Source of the DNA: Marsupella aquatica | Taxonomy: Eukaryota; Plantae; Marchantiophyta | DNA length: 64,000 bases | Assembly: GCA_973895155.1 (NCBI GenBank) | Contig: OZ316899.1 | Location: 16,643,974-16,707,973, forward strand | Direction of reading: 5' to 3' | Shown: positions 36,976 through 48,336 of the stretch, piece by piece | Numbering within the stretch: position 1 is the first letter of the stretch | Layout of the letters: each line of letters starts with the position of its first letter | Made by a program: the position numbers and the translations under genes | Notes under the pieces: model-generated | What the model was told of the DNA's origin: nothing | What the model saw: the letters and a program-made list of their open reading frames with translations, nothing else | The model's database searches: none

Positions 36976-38344
36976 ACAGCTAACAGGTATGACCCTTGTA
37001 CGGAAAGTTAACCTCTACACACTAATTTAATGTTTGACCAAGAAAGGTTGGATTGAGATGATCCCAATCGTGAGTTGGGCTGGATACCCCAACCTTAAGT
37101 AACTTAGATATACAATTCCTAAATTTGATACCAATGGAATATTCTAGAATTGAGTTGAAAGTTACCTGTAATGGAAATGATTCTTGAACACAAAACTCAC
37201 TTAGTTTATGTTATCAAACCAAGTAATAAAATACTTTGTTGAAGGGGTAGTTATCAGTAAGCTGGTAAACTAAATGCTTCAGGGGTGTGGAAGAAATTAA
37301 AACTAGATGTTCTATCTAGAAAACAAGAGTGGCTCAATGGGGCTCCGTAATGAACGGACCTGGTTGACAGACTGAATGACAATCTAGAAATGAAAATACC
37401 AAATGAGGAGCAGCCGGACCAGCCCAAGTATCTTATACCATTTGTTCAAGATTGCTCTTATGGATAAGGCAATGCGTGATCAGCCTTAACCAGCGGCGGA
37501 GTTTAGGGTCGAGTGGATGAGGTAGTCCACGCCACACAACAAATTTGAGCGGCACAATTTTAGGGCAGCCTTGTGATTAGGGTTTGCCTCGCACGGCTGT
37601 TTGCCTCGCCTCGCACCTCGGCCTCCCACGTGTTGTGCCTCGCCTTCCACCTCGGCCTCACCTTGGAGGGGGGGTAAAGGAGGCAAGAGGTCCTACTTGG
37701 GCCTCATTCTTCTTCCCTCCTCCCTCCGCTCCTCCTCTTCTCCGCTCTTGCGCTCCTGTGCTCCTCCGCCTCATTTGCTTCACTCCGCCTCATTTGCCTC
37801 ATTCACTTCACTCTCCTCCTGTGCTTCACTCTGCTCCTCTGCTTCACACTAAAGTTTTTGCCCTAGCCGCCACGTTTAGTGCCCTAGATCTAACGCTTTG
37901 TGATCCTCCACGTGTCCATATGGCCATGTGTCACAAGATGGATCCATCTAGACCTATTCATGTGTCTTTGGTCATTGAGCCAATAGAGGAGATAGACCTC
38001 TCCTCCATTGAGGATGTGGTCGACATGGCCCTTGAGGATTCCAGAGCCTTCCAATTGCTCAATCCAAGTGAGTATCTTGGTAACAAGTTGAATATTTGTG
38101 CAGTGGACAGAGATCATCTCTGTCCAATTGGATAGAGATGATCCTTGTCCAAGTAGAGTCCAAGTAGAAGATAGTGATCTTTATTAGGAATTGGATAGAG
38201 ATGATCTCTGTCCAAACTGAGGACAGAGATCATCCCTGTCCAATTGGATAGGGATCATCTATTTCCAAAATGACGATAGAGGATGTCCAACCAGAGGATC
38301 GAAACTGTTCTATCAGAGGATGCTGAGGATCTTTATTTGGAACT

Positions 38345-38613
38345 GGATAGAGATGATTTCTATCCTCTACTTGGATAGGGATGATCTCTGTCCAATTCCT
38401 AATAAAGATAATCTTTGTTTGATCAGAGGATACTGACGATCTTTATTAGGAATTGGACAGAGATCATCCCTATCCAAGTAGAGGATAGAGATCATCCCTA
38501 TCCAATTGCTAATAAAGATCGTCAGTATCCTCTGATCGAACAAAGATTATCTTTATTAGGAATTGGACAGAGATCATCCCTATCCAAGTAGAGGATAGAG
38601 ATCATCCCTGTCC
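38345..38613. repeat. Near-perfect inverted repeat (arms about 130 bp) built from the same palindromic motif
   Basis: 38345-38475 is the reverse complement of about 38483-38613 with few mismatches. Confidence 0.9.
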
Positions 38614-40334
38614 AATTGGATAGGGACCATCTCTATCCAAACTGTGAGAAAACCTCATCTTTGTCGATTACAAATTAAGATTTTCCAAACTAATATGCAT
38701 GGATGAGACTATTGTAGGGAGCAATCTAAATGGATTGAAACCAGCAATTTCAGAATCAGATTGCTCCGAGGGAGTCTTGTTGGAGCAGAGCAAACCAGAT
38801 TTTCATTGGGGTCTTGAGTTCTCTAGAGTTGATTTTGATTTCCTTAGCACGTCAGAGAGACGGGATCCCATTTTGTGCATAAAGGTCAGAACAGAAGATC
38901 AAGAGACTCTTGTACTCGGACCTGTAGTCTTCATTGGAATTGAAGGAAGAGGGTTTGTTTCCGTCATTCTTGAGCTCCATGAAAGGATACGATGGGTTAA
39001 GCTACATCTACCATCAAAGGCGTATTCTTCAGAGTTCAATGTTGAGTGGTCTGCTTTTGGAGAACTTGGCGTGATGGCAATGGGCTTTTTCCCTAAGTCG
39101 TATTCAACTCAAAAGGTGATTGCTGGAGTGAAGGGGATTCTTCCACTTGAATCATGTATGGGTTTCAATATGTGACGCTGAATATCCATAAACACCAAGG
39201 GAATTATACATTTCCAGTGACATGGATTTTAAATAATTTGCTCGACAAGGCAGGATTCCTATCTTCAGAATCAGGTGTTTGCCTTGACAAGAAAATTGCA
39301 TTTGCAGAGGAGTTTGCGATGGATAATGCAAAAAAGTGGGTAGAATCATTACCCAAGCCTACAAATGTTGCACCTGTAGCGGTGAACGAGCTTCCAGTAG
39401 TTGTTAACAAAGAAGTTCCCAAAGAAGTTCCCAAACCTAGAAAAATATCTCAGGAGACAACAACAGGGACTGCAGGAACAATGGTTGGGACAAGCACCAA
39501 ACAAGTGGTAGGGAAGCAAAGACTAAGAGAGAGGAAGGGTCACGAGAAAATTGAGACATTGCCAAAGGAACCCGAGAAGAAGCCAGTAGCGAAGAAACAG
39601 AAAACTGACAAGTTTTATTTGCGGTCAACCCCTACAGACGTACAGATGCTCCTAGAAGATGAGGGAGACAAACTTGATGCCTCTGAGGAGAAGAAGGTCT
39701 TAGAAGGAAATGATGTTCTCCAGAGAATAGAGTAGTACTATACTTTTGGGATAAATGAACTATTTTCTATTCCAGTGGAGAATTGTGCCTACACCTGCAA
39801 GATTATGTTACAGGGATGCTCAGTAGTACCCATGTGAAGCACATAGCCAAATCCATGGTCAAAAACCCTAGACATGAACCTCACGTTGCGGACCTGCTTC
39901 CTTATAGTCCAAAGCTTAGAAAGTTGCTCCATTTTGACAGCACGTAGAACGACCGTAAAGACTTTCTTGCAGGAGTGAAGAAAGGCGAGATTGGTTTCTT
40001 TGCCATCATTGGGCAACATTTGGCTAGGGCGGCCAAGTGGGTTCTCGAATGGGCCAAAACTGATGCCAAGCTCACAGTGGTGGCAAAAAAGTTAAAATAC
40101 AGGAAGTCTAGATTATTGTCAGACCTTACACCATCGGCTATATTGGTTGAGCACTCAATGAGATCAAATGCCATCAATTCGACGATGGTGTTTCAATCGT
40201 GCTTCAAAGATACAATTGTTCATGCAAGGAAAAAATTCCTTGAATGCGGAGGACCAAGAAAGCCAAAGCACGGGGACAACAAGTCAAACGCCCAAGAGAA
40301 TCAAAAATTTCAGGTGAGAAACATTTTTCTTGTT

Positions 40335-40748
40335 TGGACAGAGATGGTCTCTGTCCAAGAGTGTGACCGTCCGTTACATTGATTTTAGTTCAATATATTT
40401 CTGGTTATGACTTGGATGGAGATGGTCTCTGTCCAAGAGTGTGATCGTCCATTCTAGAGATTTCTCTTCCTTCTACTTTTGGTTATGACTTGGATGGAGA
40501 TGATCTCTGTCCAAGAGTGTGATCGTCCATTCCAGAGATTTCTCTTCCTTCTACTTTTGGTTATGACTTGGATGGAGATGATCTCTGTCCAAGAGTGTGA
40601 TCGTCCATTCCAGAGATTTCTCTTCCGTTTACTTTTGGTTATGACTTGGATGGAGATGATCTCTGTCCAAGAGTGTGATCATCCATTCCAGAGATTTCTC
40701 TTCCTTTTACTTTTGGTTATGACTTGGATGGAGATGGTCTCTGTCCAA
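40335..40748 (+). repeat. 78-bp intronic tandem repeat (about 5 copies) carrying the palindrome variant TTGGATGGAGATGATCTCTGTCCAA
   Basis: Units start at 40403, 40481, 40559, 40637 and 40715, within intron 40314-40820. Confidence 0.92.
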
Positions 40749-42072
40749 CAAGCAAGTGATAGTTTGTTGTCAAATCTCATTGATTGTAGATAACTTATTT
40801 TCCCCTAATTTTGACTGTAGGATTATTTGGCATTGGCAAGGATGACCATGGGGAGAAAAGACTTGAAAAATGTATATTGGTTGCTCTTTGCCAAGAATGA
40901 TCTTTTCAAGCTCTGGCAGTTAGTGTGCCAAACGTGGATTGATGGACATCTTCCTGATGGTACACAGGGAAACAAAAGGTCCAAAAAGGGTATAACGGTC
41001 GCAATGTTTCGTTGTTTTGATGGTGAAATCTCAAGTAGAGATTTGACCAGAATTTTGAACAAGGTGAAGTCAGGTCAACTTTTATTGAAGAAGGATTCGA
41101 CAAATAAGTCAGATGTTCCAGCAATGGAGGACTTTACAAAGGAGGTGAAGATATTGATCAAACTGAAGTCTCTTATTGGAGATTACTACTTCAAGAAGGA
41201 TCCAAAAAAACTTCCCAACAGATAGTGATTGGGTTAAAGTAATTGAGGTCCTCCCATTGTTAGGTGCCGAGTTGGAGTTGAACACGTGCCGAAGAGCGGC
41301 TGGTGAAGTATGGTTGACAAATTTATTGAAGTCTAATCATACAAAGGAGAGTGAGATATTGCCAATGACATTGGTGATGCGTCTAGATGATATTTAGTGT
41401 CAAAAGTTTGGCGGTGGGACAAGTTCTCGGACCCAACCGTGGGTCACATTTTTTAGTAACAACCTAATGAAGATAGTGGATCCGGAGTCGTTGGAAGAAC
41501 AATCTCCAACATGCTCTCTTGCAATTTTTGATTTCAGCCGACTTCAACGGAAGGAGTGGACCGAAGCAGAGATTTTGGTACTCTTCCAATACATAGTAGA
41601 GCTACCACGGAATCCCACCATTGTTGTGATGATAACTGTCCATCCGGGTTACCTTGTACTGAATGTCCTAAGCGCTCTTCGTAAATTAGGACATTCAAAA
41701 ACTCTGACTATTCACATTGAGTATGGGAGTTATTACCGAGATGATCAACCTCACCCTCACGACTCATGTTGGAAGGGAGGAATAGAAGAAGTTATCTTTG
41801 CGGGAATTTCTCGCGAAGAGAACGTCAGCTGGGATGAAGTGTTCAAGCCCAACCAGATGAAGCCAAAATGGGTGTACGGTGAAAAGGATACTGATTTTGT
41901 GGTTGAGAAGGTCAAGGGAAAGGCAAAGGACGCGGACGAGGAGTCATTACATGAAGATCTAAGAAATATGATGACCCCAGAAGAGGCGGCAATACTTCTG
42001 CACATGGCACCTCGATTTGAGACGGTCGGCGCTTGGGGTGGGTGGGTGAATCCTCACGCCAAACCCACACGG

Positions 42073-42921
42073 TGTTGCGAGAACTTAAAGTTAGGGCTCC
42101 TCGGGCAAACTACGCATTTCTGGCTGCGATCGGGATAGGTGACAAGCACTTTTCGGAGCGAACTCTCACTCCTTTATATTTTTTACTTTTCTCACAAAGG
42201 TTACAATAGGTGCCCTCAAGTAAGCTTGCCCGCAAGAGTCTGGTAGCTGGCCCTACGGCGGGCCACTACCTCTAACTTGTCGGGTAGAACTCCTCGAGCG
42301 ACTAACTACTCAAAATCTGACGGAAAAACTATCCTCCTTAGCTCACAAAACCAAAAACTCGACTAGCTACTCCACTAGTCTAAAACAGCTCGCACGGAAC
42401 TCAGGCCTGGACCAACGAGGCTCTGAACTTGAGAAATCCTCGCCTGGATTGACAAGACTCCAAACTTGAGAAATCCCCGCCTGGATCAACGAGACTCCAG
42501 ACTCGAGAAATTCCCCGCCTGGATCAAAAACTCCCCACCTGGATCAAAAACTCACTCGGAACTCCAAAACCACCGCACAACAGTCAAGTTCCGCAGAACG
42601 GAGCAGAACTCACAGAACGCAACTCAATAGATCTCAATAGACAACCGCCAACCTCAATGAGCCGACGCTCAAGTCTTAAGTAGCATAAAAAACCCAACCA
42701 TCCAGCCTGAGCCAGCTGCCAGCTGCCAGGCTCATCCAAACTCCAAGCCTGGTGACTCACCCAAACACCAAACCTGGTGATGACGAGTCACCCAATCGCC
42801 AAACCTCAATCCATCCAACCAAGCAGCCCCTCCGAGTCAGCATGCACGCAACCCAACCGGGAGGCATCGCCCTTCATCCCCTATAAAAGCCATTCCTGAG
42901 CCGAAATCTTTCGGCACGATA
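42073..42921. mobile_element. Probable solo LTR of another family inserted in the methyltransferase-like region
   Basis: TGTTG...CGATA (likely from CGACA), flanked by ACGG/ACGG. Removal restores the frame KPTR|MIQK. Internal 36-bp repeats at about 42425-42550. Confidence 0.75.
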
Positions 42922-44250
42922 ACGGATGATCCAAAAGATCATCCAAACATTGTTCGAGCCGGGGGATTTGATTCTTGACTTTTTTTCTGGCGGTCAAGTG
43001 ATGAAGGCATCCCTTTTTTCTCAACGTGAATGTTTGTTTATTGTGACTCTCAACATGAGAGACATTTTGTGGAAGCATATGCTTCGTTCCTTTGTGAGAA
43101 GGTTCCCACCATCAAAGATCGTTATGATCGCTATGTCGGAGGAAGTTCTAGACATTGGGAACCCTCTTCTGCCGTTGTGCTATTGACGATGAATCAGATG
43201 GTGATCAAGAAGATGGAGCTGACCAATCAGTCAAAGACAATGGGCCATCGGAGGGGGCATATGTGAAGAATTTGGATGACCGAGTTGGCGAGGGTGAAAA
43301 TATTGACCTTGTGGAAGACGATATGATTGTTGGATCTGCACCTTGGAGTTCACCAATTACAGATGTTGCCCCCATGGGCCCCTACGAGGGCCCGTATGAT
43401 GATAACTTGGATAGAGATGGTCTCCATCCACAATTGCCTGGACAAGAGATGGAAGTTGATACGTTTGAAAAACTGTCTTCACAACAACCTTCTCAATCAA
43501 GGTGCAAAGAGGCATGGTGAATCCAATGAACTCGACACATTGGGATTGAGACCACAACCCATCCAAATAGCTGACATTCCCGTGAATGAAGCAAGTGCAT
43601 CCACGACTGCTGACAACCAGGCAGGTGCTTCAATTTGTCCCGATACACTCTTTTCCGCTTCTGATGACAAATTGGTGTTTGTTCGATCACAATCAAGAAC
43701 CATTATCCTTCCACTCTCAAAAAAGAAAGGGAAGAGAGTAGGATCAACTGGATATAAGTCACTTGAATATGATTGTCGATGTTACGTGTGGCAAAGTGGA
43801 CCCGATGTAGGAACTGAAGTTGCATTGGATGCTGCTCAATCAATTTTGAACAATGACTCGTTCAAAAAGCACAAGAAAGATCCAACTTATAGAAGTGGAG
43901 AATTGGGATTGATAATTCCGGTTTGGTCTGCACCTTATTGGATAGAGGAGAGTACCTCCGATGTCAATTATGAGATCCAACAAGAGCTCGGTGATGATAT
44001 CTTGATTGATGAATATGGATCTCATTGTTAGCCAAGGTCTAGATTGAGCCATGTGACCTTATCAATTTGATATAATATAGTCTGTATAATTATACTTCAA
44101 GTTTAACAATTAGAGCATCAATATCAATATCCATCTCCTCTTTACGGTTTCTCAATGAATACGGTCAGTATGCAGGATTGACAGAGATGATCTCTATCCA
44201 AACTTCAAATGTGGTTTTTTCTCTAAGATTGGTATTTGTTGCACTTGCAG

Positions 44251-45287
44251 AACCAAGACCTTGTTCCATCAAGCGCAAATTGCTGATTTTGGATCTTAAC
44301 AAAATACTTTGGGATTCAGTTGAATTCCAAAGCAAGGGAAAATCCAGAAATGTTGTGACCCCAAGTGGAGTGCATTGGGATAGAAAAAATGGAATTAGTC
44401 GCATGTATACAGAAAGGCCAGGGATCCATGAGTTTCTAAAGTTGGTTTTTGACCGATTTGACGTTGCAATTTGGACATGTGCTGGGGTACAACAAACAGT
44501 GAAAATGTTGAACATGATGTTCACTGCTGAGGAGAGATTGAAACTTAAGTTTGTATTCACACAGGTGGAAGCCTTTGACACAGGCATTCAAAGGCGTGAC
44601 ATTACAAATGGAAAGGCAAATCTGCTACTGAAGGATTTTCGGGTGGTATGGAGTGGATTTGGAAATCTATATGATGAAACCAACACCCTCCTTGTGGATG
44701 ACTCCCCCCTTAAGGCATTTGCCAACCCAAGCATGACCGGACTATTTCCAGTGCCCTACACGCATGCCAATTGTGGGGATAATTTTCTTCTTACAATTCT
44801 TTGGCCTTGTCTTGATAAACTATCACATGCAAGTGACATTAGATGTTATCTTCTTCTTAACTCTCCACTGTGGTCTCTATTGCACATAAAGAGAGACAAG
44901 GTAAAAAATGAAATTACTTATGATCAACTTAGTAAGAGATGCGCAACAAAAATTTGGAAGTCACAGTTTACGCATAGTGTGTTGGACCTCAATAGCAATG
45001 AGATTCCTTGGAACGTGAAGCATCGTAGATGTAGTTTACGTCCTGAGGCAGAACTTGATGATGCACTTGTCACCTCACTTGCTAAAGCATTTGTAGGACG
45101 GGACTATTCAGGTCCGTATAGAGAAAATCCCAGACACTTTTTGCGGGAGATTATAGCCATTAGGAACAACACCACCAAGTTTCAGCTCCCTGAAGATAAA
45201 GGTACTTGCAACCGTGACACTAGGGTAGATAGTAAAGGAGACAGGGGCACGTGCTCACATACACATTGTAAGGAGCAATTTGTTTAG
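44251..45287 (+). CDS. FCP1/SCP (NIF)-type HAD phosphatase-like domain, last exon of the cargo region
   Basis: KLLILDLNKIL, RPGIHEFL..FDRFDVAIWT, LLKDFRVVW and NTLLVDDSPLKAFANP; candidate acceptor TTGCAG ending at 44250. Confidence 0.85.
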
Positions 45288-45696
45288 AGATCTGACTCGT
45301 GTTAAGCCCCTTAGATAGAAGAAATACATTGTAAATTTGGAGATAATTGTATATTATTTTATAATCTATATGGAGTTATGTCATTTTGTTCACACATATT
45401 CAAGGGCTTCTTTGTGCTGAAATGTTTTTATAAGTATGATCTCTATCCTACTATTCTTTGTGAATTAATAAATAATGATCTCTATCCTATTATTCTTTGT
45501 GAATCAATAAATGATATAATATGTATTATTTATTAATATAATACTAATATGATTTGGCCTATAAGGTGTACATTTAGAGACCAAAAAGTGTACATTTTGG
45601 TTTCTTAAAGTGTACATTTGGGGACATGAAAGTGTACATTTCAAGACTGATTTGTGAACAAAAGAAAATACACTTTTAATGAATAGGCTGATGAAG

Positions 45697-46412
45697 ACAA
45701 ATGCGGCAGCGGACGCATTATCGCATAAGGACCAACATCGGGTCAATGGGATCACGATGCTCGAATCCGAGTGGCCAAAGGTTCTAGCCGCAGCGTATGG
45801 GGATGACAGGTTAGCTAAGGAATGGCAAAGCAATGGGGGTAGCCAAGGCAAGGTAAGGCATGTATTGTTGGGGTTGGATAAGACGCATAATGTCTAGTTA
45901 TGGCAATACAAGCAGAGGCGTGTGTACATACCGGAGTCTCTAAGGTTAGAGGTTCTGCAAAAGTACCACGACTCGCCCTCGGGAGGGCATGGAGGACAAG
46001 CCGCTACGTATCGCAGCATGTCACGAGATGTGTATTGGCCGGACATGAAGCAATCGGTCCTTCAACACGTGCAAAGTTGTAACTCATGCCAAAAGAACCA
46101 AACGGTCTATAGGGCAAAAGGAGGACTACTACAACCCTTACCAGTAGCTGCGGCTCCATGGGAGTCTATCTCCATGGACTTCATTGTTGGGTTACCTGAG
46201 TCCCACGGCAATAACTCCATCTTAACAAATGTGGATCATTTTTCCAAGATGGCGTATTTCTTGCCTACTCCAAAGATGGTTTTGGCCCGAGAGGTTGCCA
46301 ATCTAGTATTTGACAATGTCTTCCGACAATGGGGATTGCCGTTGCATATCCTGTCCGACCGCGATACCAAGTTCACAGGCCATTTTTGGAAGGCGTTGTT
46401 CCGGTTATCCGT
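45697..46412 (+). pseudogene. pol: Family B integrase, 3'-truncated
   Basis: HDSPSGGHGG, YWPDM..CNSCQ, PWESISMDFIVGLP and SDRDTKFTGHFW; similarity stops before the catalytic E. Confidence 0.9.
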
Positions 46413-46842
46413 TGTGAACTGGTACAGGCAGCTGTAGCTACCTTTGTGACTTGTATCCTAGTTTCACTCCTCTCGGCCTCTTAAGGATAAAGTCGGATTG
46501 CGTTGGTGCTAGAGGTTGTTGGGCGGCCGATTTTCTTTTTGCGAGTGGAAGTTGACGGTGCCCGCCCTACATCTATGGGCGGGCTAGTTTGAACCAAAGG
46601 GGAGCGCCCCAAGGGGAGGACAATGGGTTCGATGAGTTTGGAGTTAGCTTACCCGTTTGGACTGACATCCTACTTGGATGAGTGGGATAGGTTGGAATTT
46701 CCTAAGTTTGGAATGCGCATACAAACCTGGTTTGCATCAGCCTTATGGGCAAACCATTTGTTACCTCATAAAATTTTCAAGGCCCAAAGTGGTCTAGGCG
46801 TGTTGGAACGTTTACTGAGGTCACGCGAAAGTGACCATTTTT

Positions 46843-46851
46843 AAGGGGGGG
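46843..46851 (+). promoter_or_regulatory. Polypurine tract of family B
   Basis: AAGGGGGGG 4 nt before the LTR start at 46856. Confidence 0.75.
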
Positions 46852-46855
46852 TGCA

Positions 46856-48336
46856 AGTTGCGGAACTCGACTACATTAACACTTAGCTCCGGCGTCGCTG
46901 ACTCCGACGCCGAGCTCCCTTATGGTCCAGGCTCGGATAGGCCATCCGGGGAGGACTTAGCATGGGGAGACTTGTGGGCAATGAGACGTGGCACTGGCGA
47001 GGCAAGGGGCCAAGCTGGGGACACACACTAAGGACTTGGACTAGCCTATGGCTGGTCGGGTCAAGGGAAAATGGGCCGGGCTCAAGGATGGCCGTCCGGA
47101 CCATCGGATGGACTTTGAGTTCTGAGGGCTTGGGAGTGAGCTCCTCTCGGGCCCAAGGCCAATGGAGTTGACGCCATTGGCAACGGACGCTTGGGGCGCA
47201 AGTTGTGGCCCAATCTGGGTGGGGCCGGTCGAGGGCCCAGAGCGGTGATCAAACCCGAGGGCGTAGGCATGAGCACTGGGTCGGCCCGGTCACAACGGGC
47301 TAAGGCACTCCGCTTGCGGATGCCTATCAAGAAAGTTATGGGCGTTGCTAGTTGGTGGCGCACCCATTATGCGCGATGGGATCCGGGTTGGGGGCCAAAT
47401 GTTTAGGGACCAAAGCTGGTCCGGGGTTGGCAGGTCTCCAGAATCATATATGAGGAGAGTGATGTCTCCCTGGGGGCTAAGGCCGAGCCGAAGTCGTGAG
47501 CCGCGGCGGTCGCGATACTAAGAGAAACCGCCAAACATAAATGGCGATATCTCCCCAACGGGAAGTCCGTTGGAGGACTTCTTGGGTGCGTTGGAAAGCT
47601 CTTGAGGAGGGCGTAGCCCTCCTGAGCTCAGATGGGTCCGGAGGTGCCATGGGTTCTCGTGGTTTGCGGGTGTTAGCTCGCCCGCTTGCCAAATCTTGCC
47701 GAACAACAGCCAAGCCGCGTTCAGCCTCCCAAGGGAGCTTGCGTTGGGGAGGCAAGGCCAAGTAGGTATGGAGGCTGAGTCCCACGGATGATCGGTCCCT
47801 AGACCATCAGTGGGGCGAACCGGGAGTGGTTGTTAGAGTCGGGGCCGTTCTGGTCCCGACGTGTTGAGACAAGCTTGGGACAAGCTTTAGGACAAGCTAT
47901 GCTATTTGGGCCATGAGCATATCCTGAGGTCAGGGCGGTCAGTTGGTGATGGATAGGTACAAGGGGGAACCCGGGCCGCGCCCAAGGAAGGAGCTGTTCT
48001 GGACAAACGGTGGGCGTGGGTTCTGGTCCTGGCTTATGGCATCGGGAGGACCTATCGCTGACCTATTTACCAACGTCTTTTGAACTTGAGTTAGGATGCT
48101 AGACTTGGTGAGTTCTAGATCCTGAAGGGTTACTTACCGAGGTGTTTGGTCGCTTGTGCAGATAGGGAGGGCCGTTGAGTAGTGGTCGTGTTAGAGAGCA
48201 AGTGCGGCTTTGTATGGGCGGTGTAAGGGCACTAGGTTACTTGCTTGAGGTATTCCGTGGAGGCGTTTGGGCACCAAGGGCACTTAGTCGTGAGTGCTGG
48301 GATTGGTGAGGGCGCTGGGTGGCAAGGTCCACCACT
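46856..48336 (+). repeat. Family B 3' LTR (1481 bp; AGTTGC...CCACCACT)
   Basis: Homologous along its length to 49403-50868, and in its 3' part to 18839-19344. Confidence 0.9.

Larger units (their letters stand above)
37919..44031 (+). pseudogene. Cargo gene of D: ParB/Srx-like region followed by N6A/N4C DNA-methyltransferase-like region (degenerate, spliced)
   Basis: Colinear ORFs 38699-43266 with GT-AG intron 40314-40820 (phase 0) and a candidate donor at 38068. ParB-like HVKHIAKSM...FFAIIGQHLARAA; MTase-like NPHAKPTRMIQKIIQTLFEPGDLILDFFSGG after removing the solo LTR. No DPPY-type catalytic motif is seen. Confidence 0.6.
31413..45692. mobile_element. 14.3-kb TIR DNA transposon D (DDD transposase, tentatively Sola-like) with cargo gene
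   Basis: 26-bp TIRs ATCAGCCTWTTCATTAAAAGTGTATT, GAAG 4-bp TSD (31409-31412 and 45693-45696), and subterminal AAGTGTACATTT repeats at both ends. Removing it restores HVLGK|TNAAADALS of B pol. Confidence 0.92.
18839..48336 (+). mobile_element. Family B chromovirus-type Ty3/gypsy element, split by nested insertions
   Basis: 5' LTR end at 19344, Met-type PBS, gag, protease, RT-RH (30103-31412), integrase (45697-46412), PPT and 3' LTR (46856-48336), all in order on the + strand. Confidence 0.85.

Noticed and set aside
36221-37011. Repeat-protein ORFs in three frames
   Set aside because: They are artefacts of a stop-free 28-bp unit; the same peptide cycles through all frames.
40479-40793. 104-aa repeat ORF
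   Set aside because: It is the translation of the 78-bp repeat inside GT-AG intron 40314-40820.
46962-47785. Short ORFs within family B LTRs
   Set aside because: They are GC-rich chance ORFs, not maintained as one frame between the LTR copies.
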